Shown here: one piece after another, positions 1 to 11,410 of the stretch
How positions within the stretch are numbered: the first letter of the stretch is position 1
How the letters are laid out: the number at the start of each line of letters is the position of its first letter
Source: Octopus bimaculoides
Lineage: Eukaryota
Assembly (NCBI RefSeq): GCF_001194135.2
Contig: NC_068981.1
Location: forward strand, 51,041,006 to 51,081,025
DNA: 40,020 nt
Direction: 5' to 3'
The notes under the pieces: generated by a model
The model's database searches: none
What the model saw: only the letters and a program-made list of their open reading frames with translations
Told to the model about the DNA's origin: nothing
Translations under genes and position numbers: made by a program

Positions 1-278
1 GTCTCAAGTCTAGGAAAATGTTCGTTCATTAAAGTTTCTGTCCAGCGTTCTATGACTATGTTTCTCGACATTTTTCAATGTCGAGAAGAAAATATATAAT
101 TTTAAAAAGGTTGAAACTGCCCCTAAAGGGCCAATTCCTACCTTGAAAACACAATAAAAAGAAAGTTTGGTGCTTCACACACCTTATATACAAAAATTCC
201 AACAAAATATGGGCAATAAAAGGTCAAATAAACGTTTACCTTCGCAGCCGATGTGACAGCACGTCCGTGAGAAGAGAC

Positions 279-325
<47 letters not shown>

Positions 326-402
326 AACGCACACATAAATGAGAGTAAACGAAAATATCTATTGTTGTGAAATGTTGGAAATGAAACAGAAAAATTCTGG
401 GA

Positions 403-470
<68 letters not shown>
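279..470. repeat. (AGAT)n at 279-325 and (GAAA)n at 401-470 microsatellites
   Basis: Perfect tetranucleotide tracts read directly. Confidence 0.97.
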
Positions 471-1205
471 GAGACAGAAAAAGGAAATAAGAGTGGGGAG
501 ATAACTCAGTGAAATATTGATAAGGGAAATGAGACAGAAAGATGGAAATACTAAATGGTTATCTCATGTGTTCATTAGTATAAGGATGACAACAATAAAT
601 AAAAGGTAAAATTTAGAACAAATGAAACAAAATAATAATGGAAAAATACACAAGTAAAGAAATAATTTGACATCAGCCAGAGTGACAGGCAGAGAGTGTC
701 AGAGTGAGTTATCAGGGGAGAGAGTGTGCGTGTGTATGTTTGGAATAAATTCTGGGAGATAGAAATAAAAAATAGATGTATGTGCAATGTGAAAATATAC
801 ATATGTATATGTGGCTAGCTTTTACAAATATAATTACGAGAAGCGATCTGTAGTGGAGGACATTTTCAGTGTGACTACTTTTTAGAAATATTATTGATCA
901 GTATCTCACCAAAACTTTCGTTTTCATGCTAATACTGTTTAACGTTCGAAGAGGTTGTATCAAAAATGTATAGGCCGACACCTAGTGAGTCCTTGATAAT
1001 CAGATTAGGGAGAAATAAGGGTGATAACTATATTGTAGTTAGAGCTGAGGGAGTTCTCTCATAGTGATATCGAGCGACAGAACAAAAGAGCTGCTGGCAA
1101 ATTGACTTACATACATATAATATGGGTACATACGTGTTATATATTTATTCCCTTGTACATATGTATATGTGTATGTGTGTTTTTGCATTTACATACGCAC
1201 GTACC

Positions 1206-1256
<51 letters not shown>

Positions 1257-1261
1257 GTAGG

Positions 1262-1313
<52 letters not shown>

Positions 1314-1648
1314 CAGATAGACAGGAAGACAGAGAGATACATACATATATACATACATACACACATGCATACATATATACATACATACATACATACATAC
1401 TTGTATGCATACATACATACATAAATAGATAGATAAACAGACAGAGAGACAAATACATACATACATACGTGTAAAATTTGAGGAGTATACATGTGTATGT
1501 ATGATTGTGTGTGTGGGGGGGAGGGGGTCCAAGTGTGGATATAAGTATGTAAGTATGTGTTTGGAGGAAAATTATGTGCTTCATTGAGTTTCTGTGTGGT
1601 GGTCATTTCCTGCATTACAAGTGAAAGCAGAATTTTATAAGACATCTA

Positions 1649-1709
<61 letters not shown>

Positions 1710-1730
1710 GTATATGTATATGTATATAAA
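1206..1730. repeat. Compound microsatellite region: (AGAT)n, (ACAT)n, (TA)n
   Basis: Direct reading; explains the spurious YLSI/YI ORFs in the track. Confidence 0.95.
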
Positions 1731-2108
1731 TACACATACATATATAGGTGTGTGCGTGTATATTTATATATATACATATGTATGTATTATATATGTGTGT
1801 ATGTATAGTAATTGTGGGGACATATATCTCAGAATATTTATTGATATATTAAGTACGTCCATCAGAATTCATCTGATTATGCATGAATGCGTTGTATGTG
1901 TCCATATATATTTCTTGCATATATATGTGTAGCAAAATATATCAGCGTAAATAGTCAAACAATTTGAACTACAAGTATCTATTATAGATACGGTACATCG
2001 TACGCTCTCTATTTCCTTCTCTGTGTACTCATATACGTATATACATTTTTGTTTATGTTTGTGTGTGTGTGGGTGCATATATATATATATATATATATNN
2101 NNNNNNNN

Positions 2109-2148
<40 letters not shown>

Positions 2149-2254
2149 TATATAGGATCCTTATGAATATGCACATATATATAGGTATAGATATATATGT
2201 ATATGTATACACACACACATATATACACACACACAATCAATTTTTTTTCTCCGT

Positions 2255-2405
2255 GTTTTTCTCCTTGTCTCCGTATTCTTTCTGTTGAAGAGCGTAGCTC
2301 GAAACGTCAAAGACTTTCCGTATTCCCGAGCGTCATACTAATATATCCTTTTGTTATTTACACCACCTGTCCTCGTCTGTTGTTATTATTTGTATATTCT
2401 CCTAT
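2255..2405 (+). mobile_element. Short dispersed repeat, probably a PLE-derived terminus carrying a hammerhead-like motif
   Basis: 18 nt (2266-2283) are identical to 14111-14128; 23 nt (2356-2378) are identical to 31987-32009; contains the hammerhead-like core at 2277-2313. Confidence 0.6.
2277..2313 (+). ncRNA. Minimal type I hammerhead ribozyme-like motif (variant core)
   Basis: Stem I TCTTT/AAAGA; core CTGTTGA (A6 replaced by U) plus an extra A; stem II GAGC-GTA-GCTC; GAAA; palindromic stem III ACGT; GTC cleavage triplet. Confidence 0.55.
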
Positions 2406-2454
2406 CTTTACTTATATATACATGTACACATATATGCATATATATATATGTATG

Positions 2455-2503
<49 letters not shown>

Positions 2504-3481
2504 TATACATATATACATAAACACACACACATATATGCATACATACATATATATACAGCATCATTCGCGTTCGTGTTTGTGCGAGTGTATCTATGTTGAT
2601 GTCTATAAATGCATGTTGACTGAATTCGTTTGCGTTGTTATTTTACTGCGTTATCTCATCATTGGTCTCCATGATATTCCATATAGTTTTCCCCATTTTT
2701 AGTAAGCACTCTGAAACTCATCTGTATATTATTCTAACTCTTTCTCTGCCTCTCTATACCAATTACTATTTTCATTTCGCTGTTCTTTCCCCTCTCATTT
2801 ACCCTCTGTATCTTCTCATCTCACTCACTTTTACTCTATTTCTATCATCTGTTCTGTTTCCTATTTTCTCTGGTGTTTCTTTTCTTCATTTATTTTGTGG
2901 GTATTTTCAATTTGTTTCTATATACTTTTGGGATTATTTTATCCGTTTCTTTCACACTTACCTTCCTTTGATACCTTATTCTCTTATCCGCCTATCCAGC
3001 TCTCTCTTTTTCTCTTTCTCTCTTTCTCTCTCTTTTCCTCTCTTTTTCCCTCACTCATTCAACACCTATCATTATCTATTGATTATTTGATTACTTGCAT
3101 TCGCCCTTTTTCTCACGCTATGTCTCAATGACGTTCATATTTCTTTTTTAGCTCCATTCATATCCTAATTCTCATTTATTCTCTTATATGCGTGTGTTTC
3201 TAAAGGAAAAAAGGGAAAAGACTGAGAGAGTGTTTATGTATATATGCGTCCACACGGATACACACTCGCGCACACAGAACACACACGCACACATGTGCAC
3301 AACAATTCACAAACAAATAAACACGCGCGCGCACACATACACACACACACATACGTATATATATATATGTTTTTTTCTATTTATCTCTCTCTACCTATCA
3401 GTATATTTATCTATATTCTCTTCATCATTATATTTAATCTTGTTTGATTTCCTCCTTCCTTACTTGGTGTATTTCCCGTTG

Positions 3482-3531
<50 letters not shown>

Positions 3532-4727
3532 CTTCTGTTTTCATTCCACTACCATATCATCTATCCTGCCTCCTTTTATTCGCTTATTTGCTCAAATGTA
3601 CCTCACTATCCAACAATACATATTCATTATACATATATACACAGTTGTATATATGTCTTTACGAGTTGAACTGGACGTATCTGTATGCATACATATTTAC
3701 GTTTGTCTATTTTTTGGTAGATCGACTTCTCAAGGAAACAGCAATGCCTGTTTGGAAGTTACTTCTCTCTGTATTTCTTTACGCTTTAGCGAAACAGGAG
3801 CGTTCCTGCATTTCATTTCTTTTTCTTTTTTTCTTTTTTTTTTCTTTAATTGTTTAAAAAACTTTTTATCTCTTCTATAATAATCCGAAATAGATATTTA
3901 ACAAGAAGCCAGTCATCATCGAAAGAACGCAAGTAATGAGAATCCGAATACAGTCATTTAACAGATCTGATTTCTTTTCATTCATTGTCTTTTTCTGCGC
4001 GTCCGACTTGTTAATGTCCATGGTTTGAAATAATATTTACAAACGTACTCTTTCTGCAATTCTAGGTTATCGTATATTATTTAAATATTTAATCGCTCAG
4101 CTGTGTTTGTAACTTCAACAATTTGCATATTACTCTATGGTCATCAGAGGTCTATTTGAATAGTATTTATTCCTTTCTCTCTGGCATTTAAGCAAACCAA
4201 AGGCAAATCACAATTTTGAATACGATGGAATTCTATAGCAAGGAACTTTTTTGCGGATTCAGGAGAAAAGGAAGGTAAAGAGAAGAAACAAAGAAACGAA
4301 AATGAAAAGAAAGGGACGGATTAGAGAGGGAGAAAATGGAAAGGTAATTGAAAAGAGGAAAAAGAGAAAAGGGGAAACATAAGAGACTAGAATGGGGTTT
4401 GGATGTAACAGACAGAAAGACAAACGCATGTGCGATAGGGGAGGGGGAGATATGCGGTGAATACTGGGTCAAGATAGATTATGATTTCTCCATAAACTTA
4501 CAACTGAATGGTAACTGTTCTTTCTGTTGTGCTAAACTTTTGACTAACTTAATATCCACATTTATAGAACGAAGTAATGTAGCTTTACTCTTTATACCAA
4601 CTTCATTTTTCTTCATATTTAATATTTTACATTTGCAACTCTTAGAGCAACTATGTCCAAATCTTTTGGTACAACATTTATAGCGTTGACTCTAGCGTTA
4701 AAAACGGTTGACAAATATTAATTGATA

Positions 4728-4882
4728 AGAATCGTTAGCACGCCAGACAAATTACTTAGCATCATTTCGTCCGTTTTTACATTCTGAGTTCAAATTCCGC
4801 CGAGGTCGACTTTGTCTTTCATCCTTTTAGAGTAGATGAAATAAGTACCAATTGAACATTGCAATCATTGTAATCGACTTAC
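4728..4882 (+). mobile_element. SINE fragment, family A (central domain resembles Meta-type SINE domain)
   Basis: GAGTTCAAATTCCGCCGAGGTCGACTTTGTCTTTCATCC...AAATAAGTACC; homologous to the reverse complement of 8779-8931 and to 21963-22040. The Meta-type label is from memory. Confidence 0.75.
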
Positions 4883-4885
4883 TAA

Positions 4886-5111
4886 CCACACACATACACA
4901 CACACACACACACATACACACACACACACACACACATACACACACACACACACACACACATACACACAGAATTATAATAACAGAAGAAGAAGAAGAAGAA
5001 GAAGAAGAAGAAGAAGAAGAAGAAGAAGAAGAAGAAGAAGAAGAAGAAGAAGAAGAAGAAGAAGAAGAAGAAGAAGAAGAAGAAGAAGAAGAAGAAGAAG
5101 AAGAAGAAGAG
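4886..5111. repeat. (CA)n followed by (GAA)n microsatellite
   Basis: Direct reading. Confidence 0.97.
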
Positions 5112-5116
5112 TAATA

Positions 5117-5260
5117 GTTTCTAATCTAAGAACAAGGCCAGCAACTTTGAGTTGAAGATTTCCTCATTATCTTCGACTTCAGTGTTTGACACGAACTGTT
5201 TTATCGAACCGAAAAAGTGGATCACAAATTTTACTGGCCTAACCAGATTTTGAACTCAAT
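5117..5260 (-). mobile_element. Degenerate SINE family A copy (3' half)
   Basis: Diverged reverse-complement similarity to the family A copies (TTTTATCGAACCGAAAAAG, TTTTGAACTCA). Confidence 0.5.
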
Positions 5261-5401
5261 TTGTAATGTGTCGGAATAAATACTGTAGACCATTTTTCTA
5301 AATTCACAAAATTTCTATTCTGTTTCATAATATCTGAATTATTGGATGCATTGTTTCTAATTTAGGCACAAAAACAGCAATTTTCAGGTGAATGAGACGA
5401 T

Positions 5402-6326
5402 TGTACCAAACTTGAAATCATAGCGTATGGGCGTGCCTCTTATAAACTGTTTCATGTCATGATGCACATAATAAGGCTCCATTGCTTCATCAAGAGAGAA
5501 ATGGTTACCTATTGGTTCTACAAATTGACAAAATTTATCATTTAGTTAATCTAAAAGAGGCCTCACCTTATTGACTTTATCGCTAGGATCGAGTTTACTG
5601 TTGTCTTTGAAATGCAGATATTGAAGTATTTTCTCAAACGTATTTCTAGACCTTGCATGACTATATTAAATGGTTGTTGTAATCGGATCTAGTCTCCCAG
5701 AACAATCATCTGCAGGGTAATTTATTGTAGCCCCACAATAGAAGAATTTCAAAATACTTCTAAAGATCCTTAACAAAGTAAACTGCAAATCTCCATTTTG
5801 TGCGGCATATTTAACGGTTTCTCTGCAAATGCGATTCAAAATATCTTTAGAGAAGTACTCCTTGAAGACGTCAGTCGGCTCAAATTTGTTCCCTAAATTT
5901 TGTTGTAATTGAAGGTTCAGTTACACTGCAATCACAATCATACTTTGCAGAGGACTGTTTCAATGGTTTATTATTCCATTTGCGAGAGCTTTTCTTTGCG
6001 CATGAACAGTGCTTCTTAGCAGAGCTTGGTGTCACCTCCTTGTCTACATCGAGAACCTCAACACCAGCTTTCTTATAGGCTCTAATCTCACCTTTCTCTG
6101 CAAGACTACCTCTACCAATGCCTCGCAAATTTCCTGAAGATTCTTCGCAATCACTTGTATCATCATCTTTATCTGAATGGTCGCCACCGTTTCATGGAGG
6201 AAGTACCAGTTGAAGTTCATAATTGTTATTAATTCCCTCAATAAAATATTCAGTATCGTCATCAACTTCGATTATACTTAAGATTTCATCCGTGTCTCTT
6301 TTACCATCAAGTTTTCTCTTAGACAT
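5402..6326 (-). mobile_element. piggyBac (PGBD2/PGBD3-like) transposase pseudogene, N-terminal half, truncated shortly after the first catalytic Asp
   Basis: Manual translation: MSKRKLDGK...VLPP*NGGDHSDKDDD...PTDVFKEYFSKDILNRICRETVKYAAQNG...ILLLWGYNKLP...FWETRSD...FEKILQYLHFKDNSKLDPSDKVNKVRPLL...FSLDEAMEPYYVHHDMKQFIRGTPIRYDFKF, matching piggyBac motifs (SxDExMxP, KQxIxxKPIR). Contains stops and frameshifts. Confidence 0.88.
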
Positions 6327-6358
6327 ATTTAACGATGTAGAAATAGGACTTATGTATA

Positions 6359-6477
<119 letters not shown>

Positions 6478-7099
6478 TTAACTTGCACTTATGCAAACAT
6501 TAGTTTGTAGTAAATAGGCTGCATTTTACGAAGAAAATAAGTAGTAGATATAGAAAATGTAAGGTTCAAGATCAAAATATTTTAATTTGCAATTGATTTA
6601 AAGTATTTTGGTTTATTAATAGAATTAACGATTGTATGTCCAAACGTGAAAAACGTGAAATGTACAACGAATTTCCAGCGTATATTTTATGATACGCACA
6701 TATACGCACCCTAGCCCTAACCTTAATGTTACTAAATCGAAACTTTATTTACGTAAATTACTAAGACATGTTTGGTTTGTAAAAGTAATGTATACTTAAC
6801 AAAAAATCAAAAACGAAATAAAATGTTACAAAATATTTAAAGTATACAAATAAAAAAAATTAACACCGGTAGCACTTCTTCCTTACTTCAAAATTTGTTA
6901 CTGGATGTAATGAGTGTAGCACAATGTATAAATGATCAAACTATGGCTTTGATGCCAAATATTGCTAGATAAATTATCATTCTTTATTTTCAGAAAGGTT
7001 TTTGAGGCCTAATTTTATGAAATTATTTTATATGAATATTTTTGTCTGAAACAAAAAAGCGTATAAATCATACGCTGGACTAAGAAGTAAGTGACACAA

Positions 7100-8345
7100 C
7101 ATTAAGAATATTCTACTTCACATAGAATTTGACTACAATCCTTCATACAAATTCATCACAATAAAATAAACAACCAAGAAAAAGAATACATGAGGATAAA
7201 AATGGAGGTTATATTATAGAAAAGTTAGATTATTTAAAATTAAACTCAATGCTAGGAATAAGAAAATAGGTATAAGTATGCTAGCTATGCTAAGTTATAG
7301 TTTCACAATAACAAAACTGAGATTATCTCAATTGGAAAATTTACACATGAAATAAACGAGAACTTACTGAAGCCAATACCCCAAACCAGTCATAAACAGA
7401 ATATACCAATCCTGCAAACAAGGAAGTTATGGCATTACATAAATAGAAATCTTCTGTAAAGTGACAACAATCGGACTGGAAAAATAATTAGAAAAAATAC
7501 CAAAAAGATTGGAAGACTGATAAATGTAGCAAAGAAACTTGGTATAAAAAGAAATGCAAGCAAAAATATTTTCTCTTTATGCAAGGAAGCGATAACATAA
7601 AAAACAGAAACAATCTATGTTGAAATATTAAATTTAGATAACATCGCAACAAAGCTAGTTAAAGTGACAAAAAGACCCGCAAACAGAATTACGAATCATA
7701 CAAAAGAAAAACCATTCCACAGACAATCCAGCGAAACTCAACAGAGAAAAAGTATGCTAAACTTAAAGCTAACAATGGTTCAAGCCCCGGAATAAAAGCA
7801 GAAACTGAAGATCTAATACCATCATTACATATCTTAATATGAAGTGCAGATGTGTAACCAAGTCAATGAGATAATTTAACCGCTTCATCTCCATCTAGCC
7901 AAATATAATATGATCTAGTAGGAATCTATACCTACTAGGCAGCATACCAACACTTCGATATTAAAAACAGATATAATATGATATAAATATGTACCAAATT
8001 ATACACATTACAATGTCCTGGACTAAATTATCTGGGATAGTATGGCTAAGTTCAGAGAGATCAAAAGCAAGCGTCCGGGCATTATAACCAGGCACTAGAA
8101 AAATCGCATGTACCCTGATAGATATAGCGATGCATTCTAATCAATCAAAATATTTCCGAAAAAGAGGTGGAAAACTGCCAAAATACAGCAGTCTTGAAAT
8201 TGAACGAAATATCCGAGATGTGAAATATGAAATTGCATTTGTTGTCATAATAAATGGAGTATTAGGTGTAATAAATATACAAGCAAAAACATAGCATCCG
8301 TACCAGGACTCACAATGCTACGTACAATAAAGGGACATTCTCAGC
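7100..8345 (+). mobile_element. Highly decayed R4/Dong-like LINE, 3' part (post-RT region, CCHC, RLE)
   Basis: Scattered motifs in the expected order: KLNARNKKIGISMLAM-LSYSF (~7230), EKPFHRQ (~7706), IKAETE (~7792), KCR-MCNQVNE (~7842), RPGII (~8072), LIDIAM (~8115), KEVE-LPKYSSLEIE (~8162). Many frameshifts; ends approximate. Confidence 0.65.
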
Positions 8346-8778
8346 ATGATATTATCCATTCAATACCATAGCTCAAATAGAACAAGCTTAACACACAACA
8401 CACCCCTATACAATAAACACCTAATAAATTAAAACAAAACAGCTCATGCAACATATAGTCTACAAGATTAATATCTATTAAAGTAGCATAGCTCACGTTA
8501 CATTCACTGTACACAACAGACCGAATAACACTATAACACAAGAAACAAGCTAAACCTCGTAACGAAATAAGCTGATACAATACACAGCAGGGTATCTTTG
8601 GTCTACAATACTCAGAAAAAATATCACACAACACTGCGCACACTGCAGGAACACTGAGGTCCACTAAGTGATTCAATGGAAACTTGTACGAAAATATCAA
8701 GGAAAAAATAAGAAAAATAATCCATATATTTATTGGCACACGATTTGAAATTTTAGATGGGGAGATATTCCATAATAT

Positions 8779-8931
8779 TGACCCCATGTTCAACTAGTAC
8801 TTATTTTATAGACACTGAAATAATGAAAGGCTAAATCAATCTCGGCAGAACTTCAAAATCAGAACGTGAACCCGGAAGAAATATTACTAAGCATTTTCTT
8901 CGGCGTGCTAAGGATTTTGCGAGCTCACTTC
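8779..8931 (-). mobile_element. SINE family A copy
   Basis: Reverse complement aligns by eye with 4728-4882. Confidence 0.7.
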
Positions 8932-8937
8932 CATAGA

Positions 8938-9090
<153 letters not shown>

Positions 9091-9093
9091 TAT

Positions 9094-9214
9094 AGGTGCA
9101 GGCGTGGCTGCGTGGTAAGAAGCTTGCTTCTCAACTACATGGTTTCGAGTTCAGTCCCAATACGTGGCAGCTTGGGCTAGTGTCTTATACTATAGCCTTG
9201 GGCCGACCAAAAGC
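9094..9214 (+). mobile_element. tRNA-derived SINE family B, 5' head (3'-truncated)
   Basis: A-box-like TGGCTGCGTGG (9105-9115) and B-box-like GTTCAGTCC (9149-9157); 3' end GTCTTATACTATAGCCTTGGGCCGACCAAAAGC matches 25923-25953. Confidence 0.75.
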
Positions 9215-9419
9215 ATCATCAAACAGGAAAAGAGAGAATTCGGGGAAATAAATCGGAGACCGAGGAAATTCTTGACACTTCTACAGAAGTAAAGAATGCT
9301 ACTGCGGCAGCAATCATGTAATTGGCTGAAGAAGGATGGTGTAAAAACTGAACATAACTGCAATATATCGAGCACTTAAGAAAAGAGACATATGAAAAGC
9401 TTACTAAGAAAGAGAACAT

Positions 9420-9830
9420 CTATGAACAGTGCAAACACTGCAATACAGGATTTCTACAGAGATAATAAATATATTATATTTTTATTTAATATATTAATAT
9501 CATGTAAATATTCATAAATATTTAAAAAATATGGTAAATGAGATCCAGATATTTCCACATGCGTACTACAAAAATGAAGCCATGATGAACTTGACAAAAA
9601 GATAAGAAATGACTTCGTCTCTGCAGAGAGATAGTATAAACTGAAATCCCTCGTGGAGAATGACATTCTAAAGACACTGTAGGACATGTTGATATAGATT
9701 GACAACAGTCGAATATTCTAAGCCCGGAGAAAGTTATTCTTGATAAAGAGAAGAGTCCTTGCATTTTGATATATGTGGCAAGTCACTTTCATACGAAAGT
9801 GATCTCAAACGAAAGAGATCGAATTGGTTG
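9420..9830 (+). pseudogene. Possible decayed C2H2 zinc-finger remnant
   Basis: CKHCNTGF (9430), CRTC (9678) and FDICGKSLSYESDLKRK (~9765); the last has C-x2-C-x3-F-x5-L-x2-H spacing with three substituted key residues. Many stops. Confidence 0.4.
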
Positions 9831-9989
9831 ATGCCATTATTTGCAAACTGAGATTGAATGATTATGGTACTGCTAGAAGATATGAATTATTCTTATCGTT
9901 TTAGGATCACTCGGTTTAGTGGTAAGCAGACGGGAAGTACGCATAGAAATTTGGGTATTGAAGTCAATGCGGCACTACTTGAAACTCTC

Positions 9990-10074
9990 TTTATTAGGTA
10001 CCGAGAGCATCATAAGAGCATTCCTAGGGACGTGAGGTCAAAAGAAGTGACATGATACAAACAAAATGCACAGC

Positions 10075-10105
<31 letters not shown>

Positions 10106-11178
10106 AAGAAGAAGAAGAAGAAGAAGAAGAAGAAGAAGAAGAAGAAGAAGAAGAAGAAGAAGAAGAAGAAGAAGAAGAAGACGGGAGTGCATCAACAGTG
10201 AATGAAGAAACATGGAAGAATATTTGGTAAACATCAAAGAAGACCTGCTACAGTATGTTGTTGATGCAGAAGGATTTAACAAAAATGTAATGAGGGTGCT
10301 CATGAATTCCGAACATGAACAACCAACGAGAGGAAAGAAACCCTATTCCACATGGTATTACATAATCAGTTCCACAGTGAAACCAGCAAATTTAAAGACT
10401 AGGAAACGTCATAGAGGTGGCGCAAAAAAGAATACTGAATGCCTAATCATTGCGACCCAGGATCAAGCATTGAATACCAACTCACTGAAAAAGAATATAT
10501 ACCACAGCAGAATGTGTGGGAAAAGGGTCGAAAGTGTGACTCACATTGTTAGCGATTGTGACAGTCTTGTGCACAAAGAGTACAAGCGTAGACACTACAA
10601 AGTAACCCAAAACCTCCACTGGCTACTATACCGTTAGTATGGATATGAAGTTAGGGGTGCTTGGCATCAACATACACCGGAAAAGGTAAAGGAAGTAAAG
10701 GAGAAGGCAAAAATCCTCTGGGACTTTGCTTTCCAGTCAGACAAGGTGTCAGAGCACCGAAGGCCAGATATAGTAACTTTTAGGATGGACAAGCAAGAGT
10801 GCCTAATAATCGACGTAGAAGTACCAGGAGATCAACATATCACCAAGAAAGAAAGACAAAAAGTTGATAAATATGGAGACCTGCGAATTGAGATCTCTAA
10901 GATGTGACAGCTACGAGAGTCAAACATAAAGGTTGTCCCTATTGTCATCGGAGCATTGGGTTCAATACCACTCAGTCTGAAATAAAATCTGAAAACCTTA
11001 GAGATACCCTACAATCTAGATGTATTCCAAAAGTCGGCATTACTTAGAACAGCACGCATATTGCGTGAAGTACTGACTGTCCGAGGTCCTAGTTGTGACT
11101 TGACAAACAGTACAAACGTCCAGTAGACAGAATATATTCAATCAACAACCTCACTATATTGTATACTGTGCGACGTCC
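9990..11178 (+). mobile_element. R4/Dong-like LINE copy 1, 5'-truncated, with RLE domain and 3' UTR
   Basis: NTECLIIATQDQALNTN, RMCGKRVESVTHIVSDC (decayed CCHC), KILWDF, RRPDIV...IIDVEVPGD...KERQKVDKYGDL (PD-(D/E)xK RLE), VVPIVIGALG, QKSALLRTARILREVL; ends in (AAT)n at 11179-11236. The 5' boundary is uncertain. Confidence 0.9.
10077..10180. repeat. (GAA)n microsatellite inside LINE copy 1
   Basis: Direct reading. Confidence 0.97.
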
Positions 11179-11236
<58 letters not shown>

Positions 11237-11238
<2 letters not shown>

Positions 11239-11410
11239 TGACTCGCCAGAGTGCAGGTTTTGCTCTGAGAAGTGAGAAAGTATAAGTCATATTGTTAGTG
11301 AGTGCTGTAAGCTCGCACAACGCGAATACAAAAGGAGACACGACAATATGGACAGATATGTCCACTGGCTGTTGTGCGGTAAAGCAAGCCTAGCGAGGGC
11401 TGAAAAATGG
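11237..11410 (+). mobile_element. R4/Dong-like CCHC zinc-knuckle fragment of a different subfamily
   Basis: NDSPECRFCSEK*ESISHIVSECCKLAQREYKRRHDNMDRYVHWLLCGK; C-x2-C-x8-H-x4-C spacing. Confidence 0.8.

Noticed and set aside
6700-6730. CCCTAGCCCTAACCTTAA as a telomere-like seed or piggyBac end
   Set aside because: Only about three degenerate units, and no matching TIR found.
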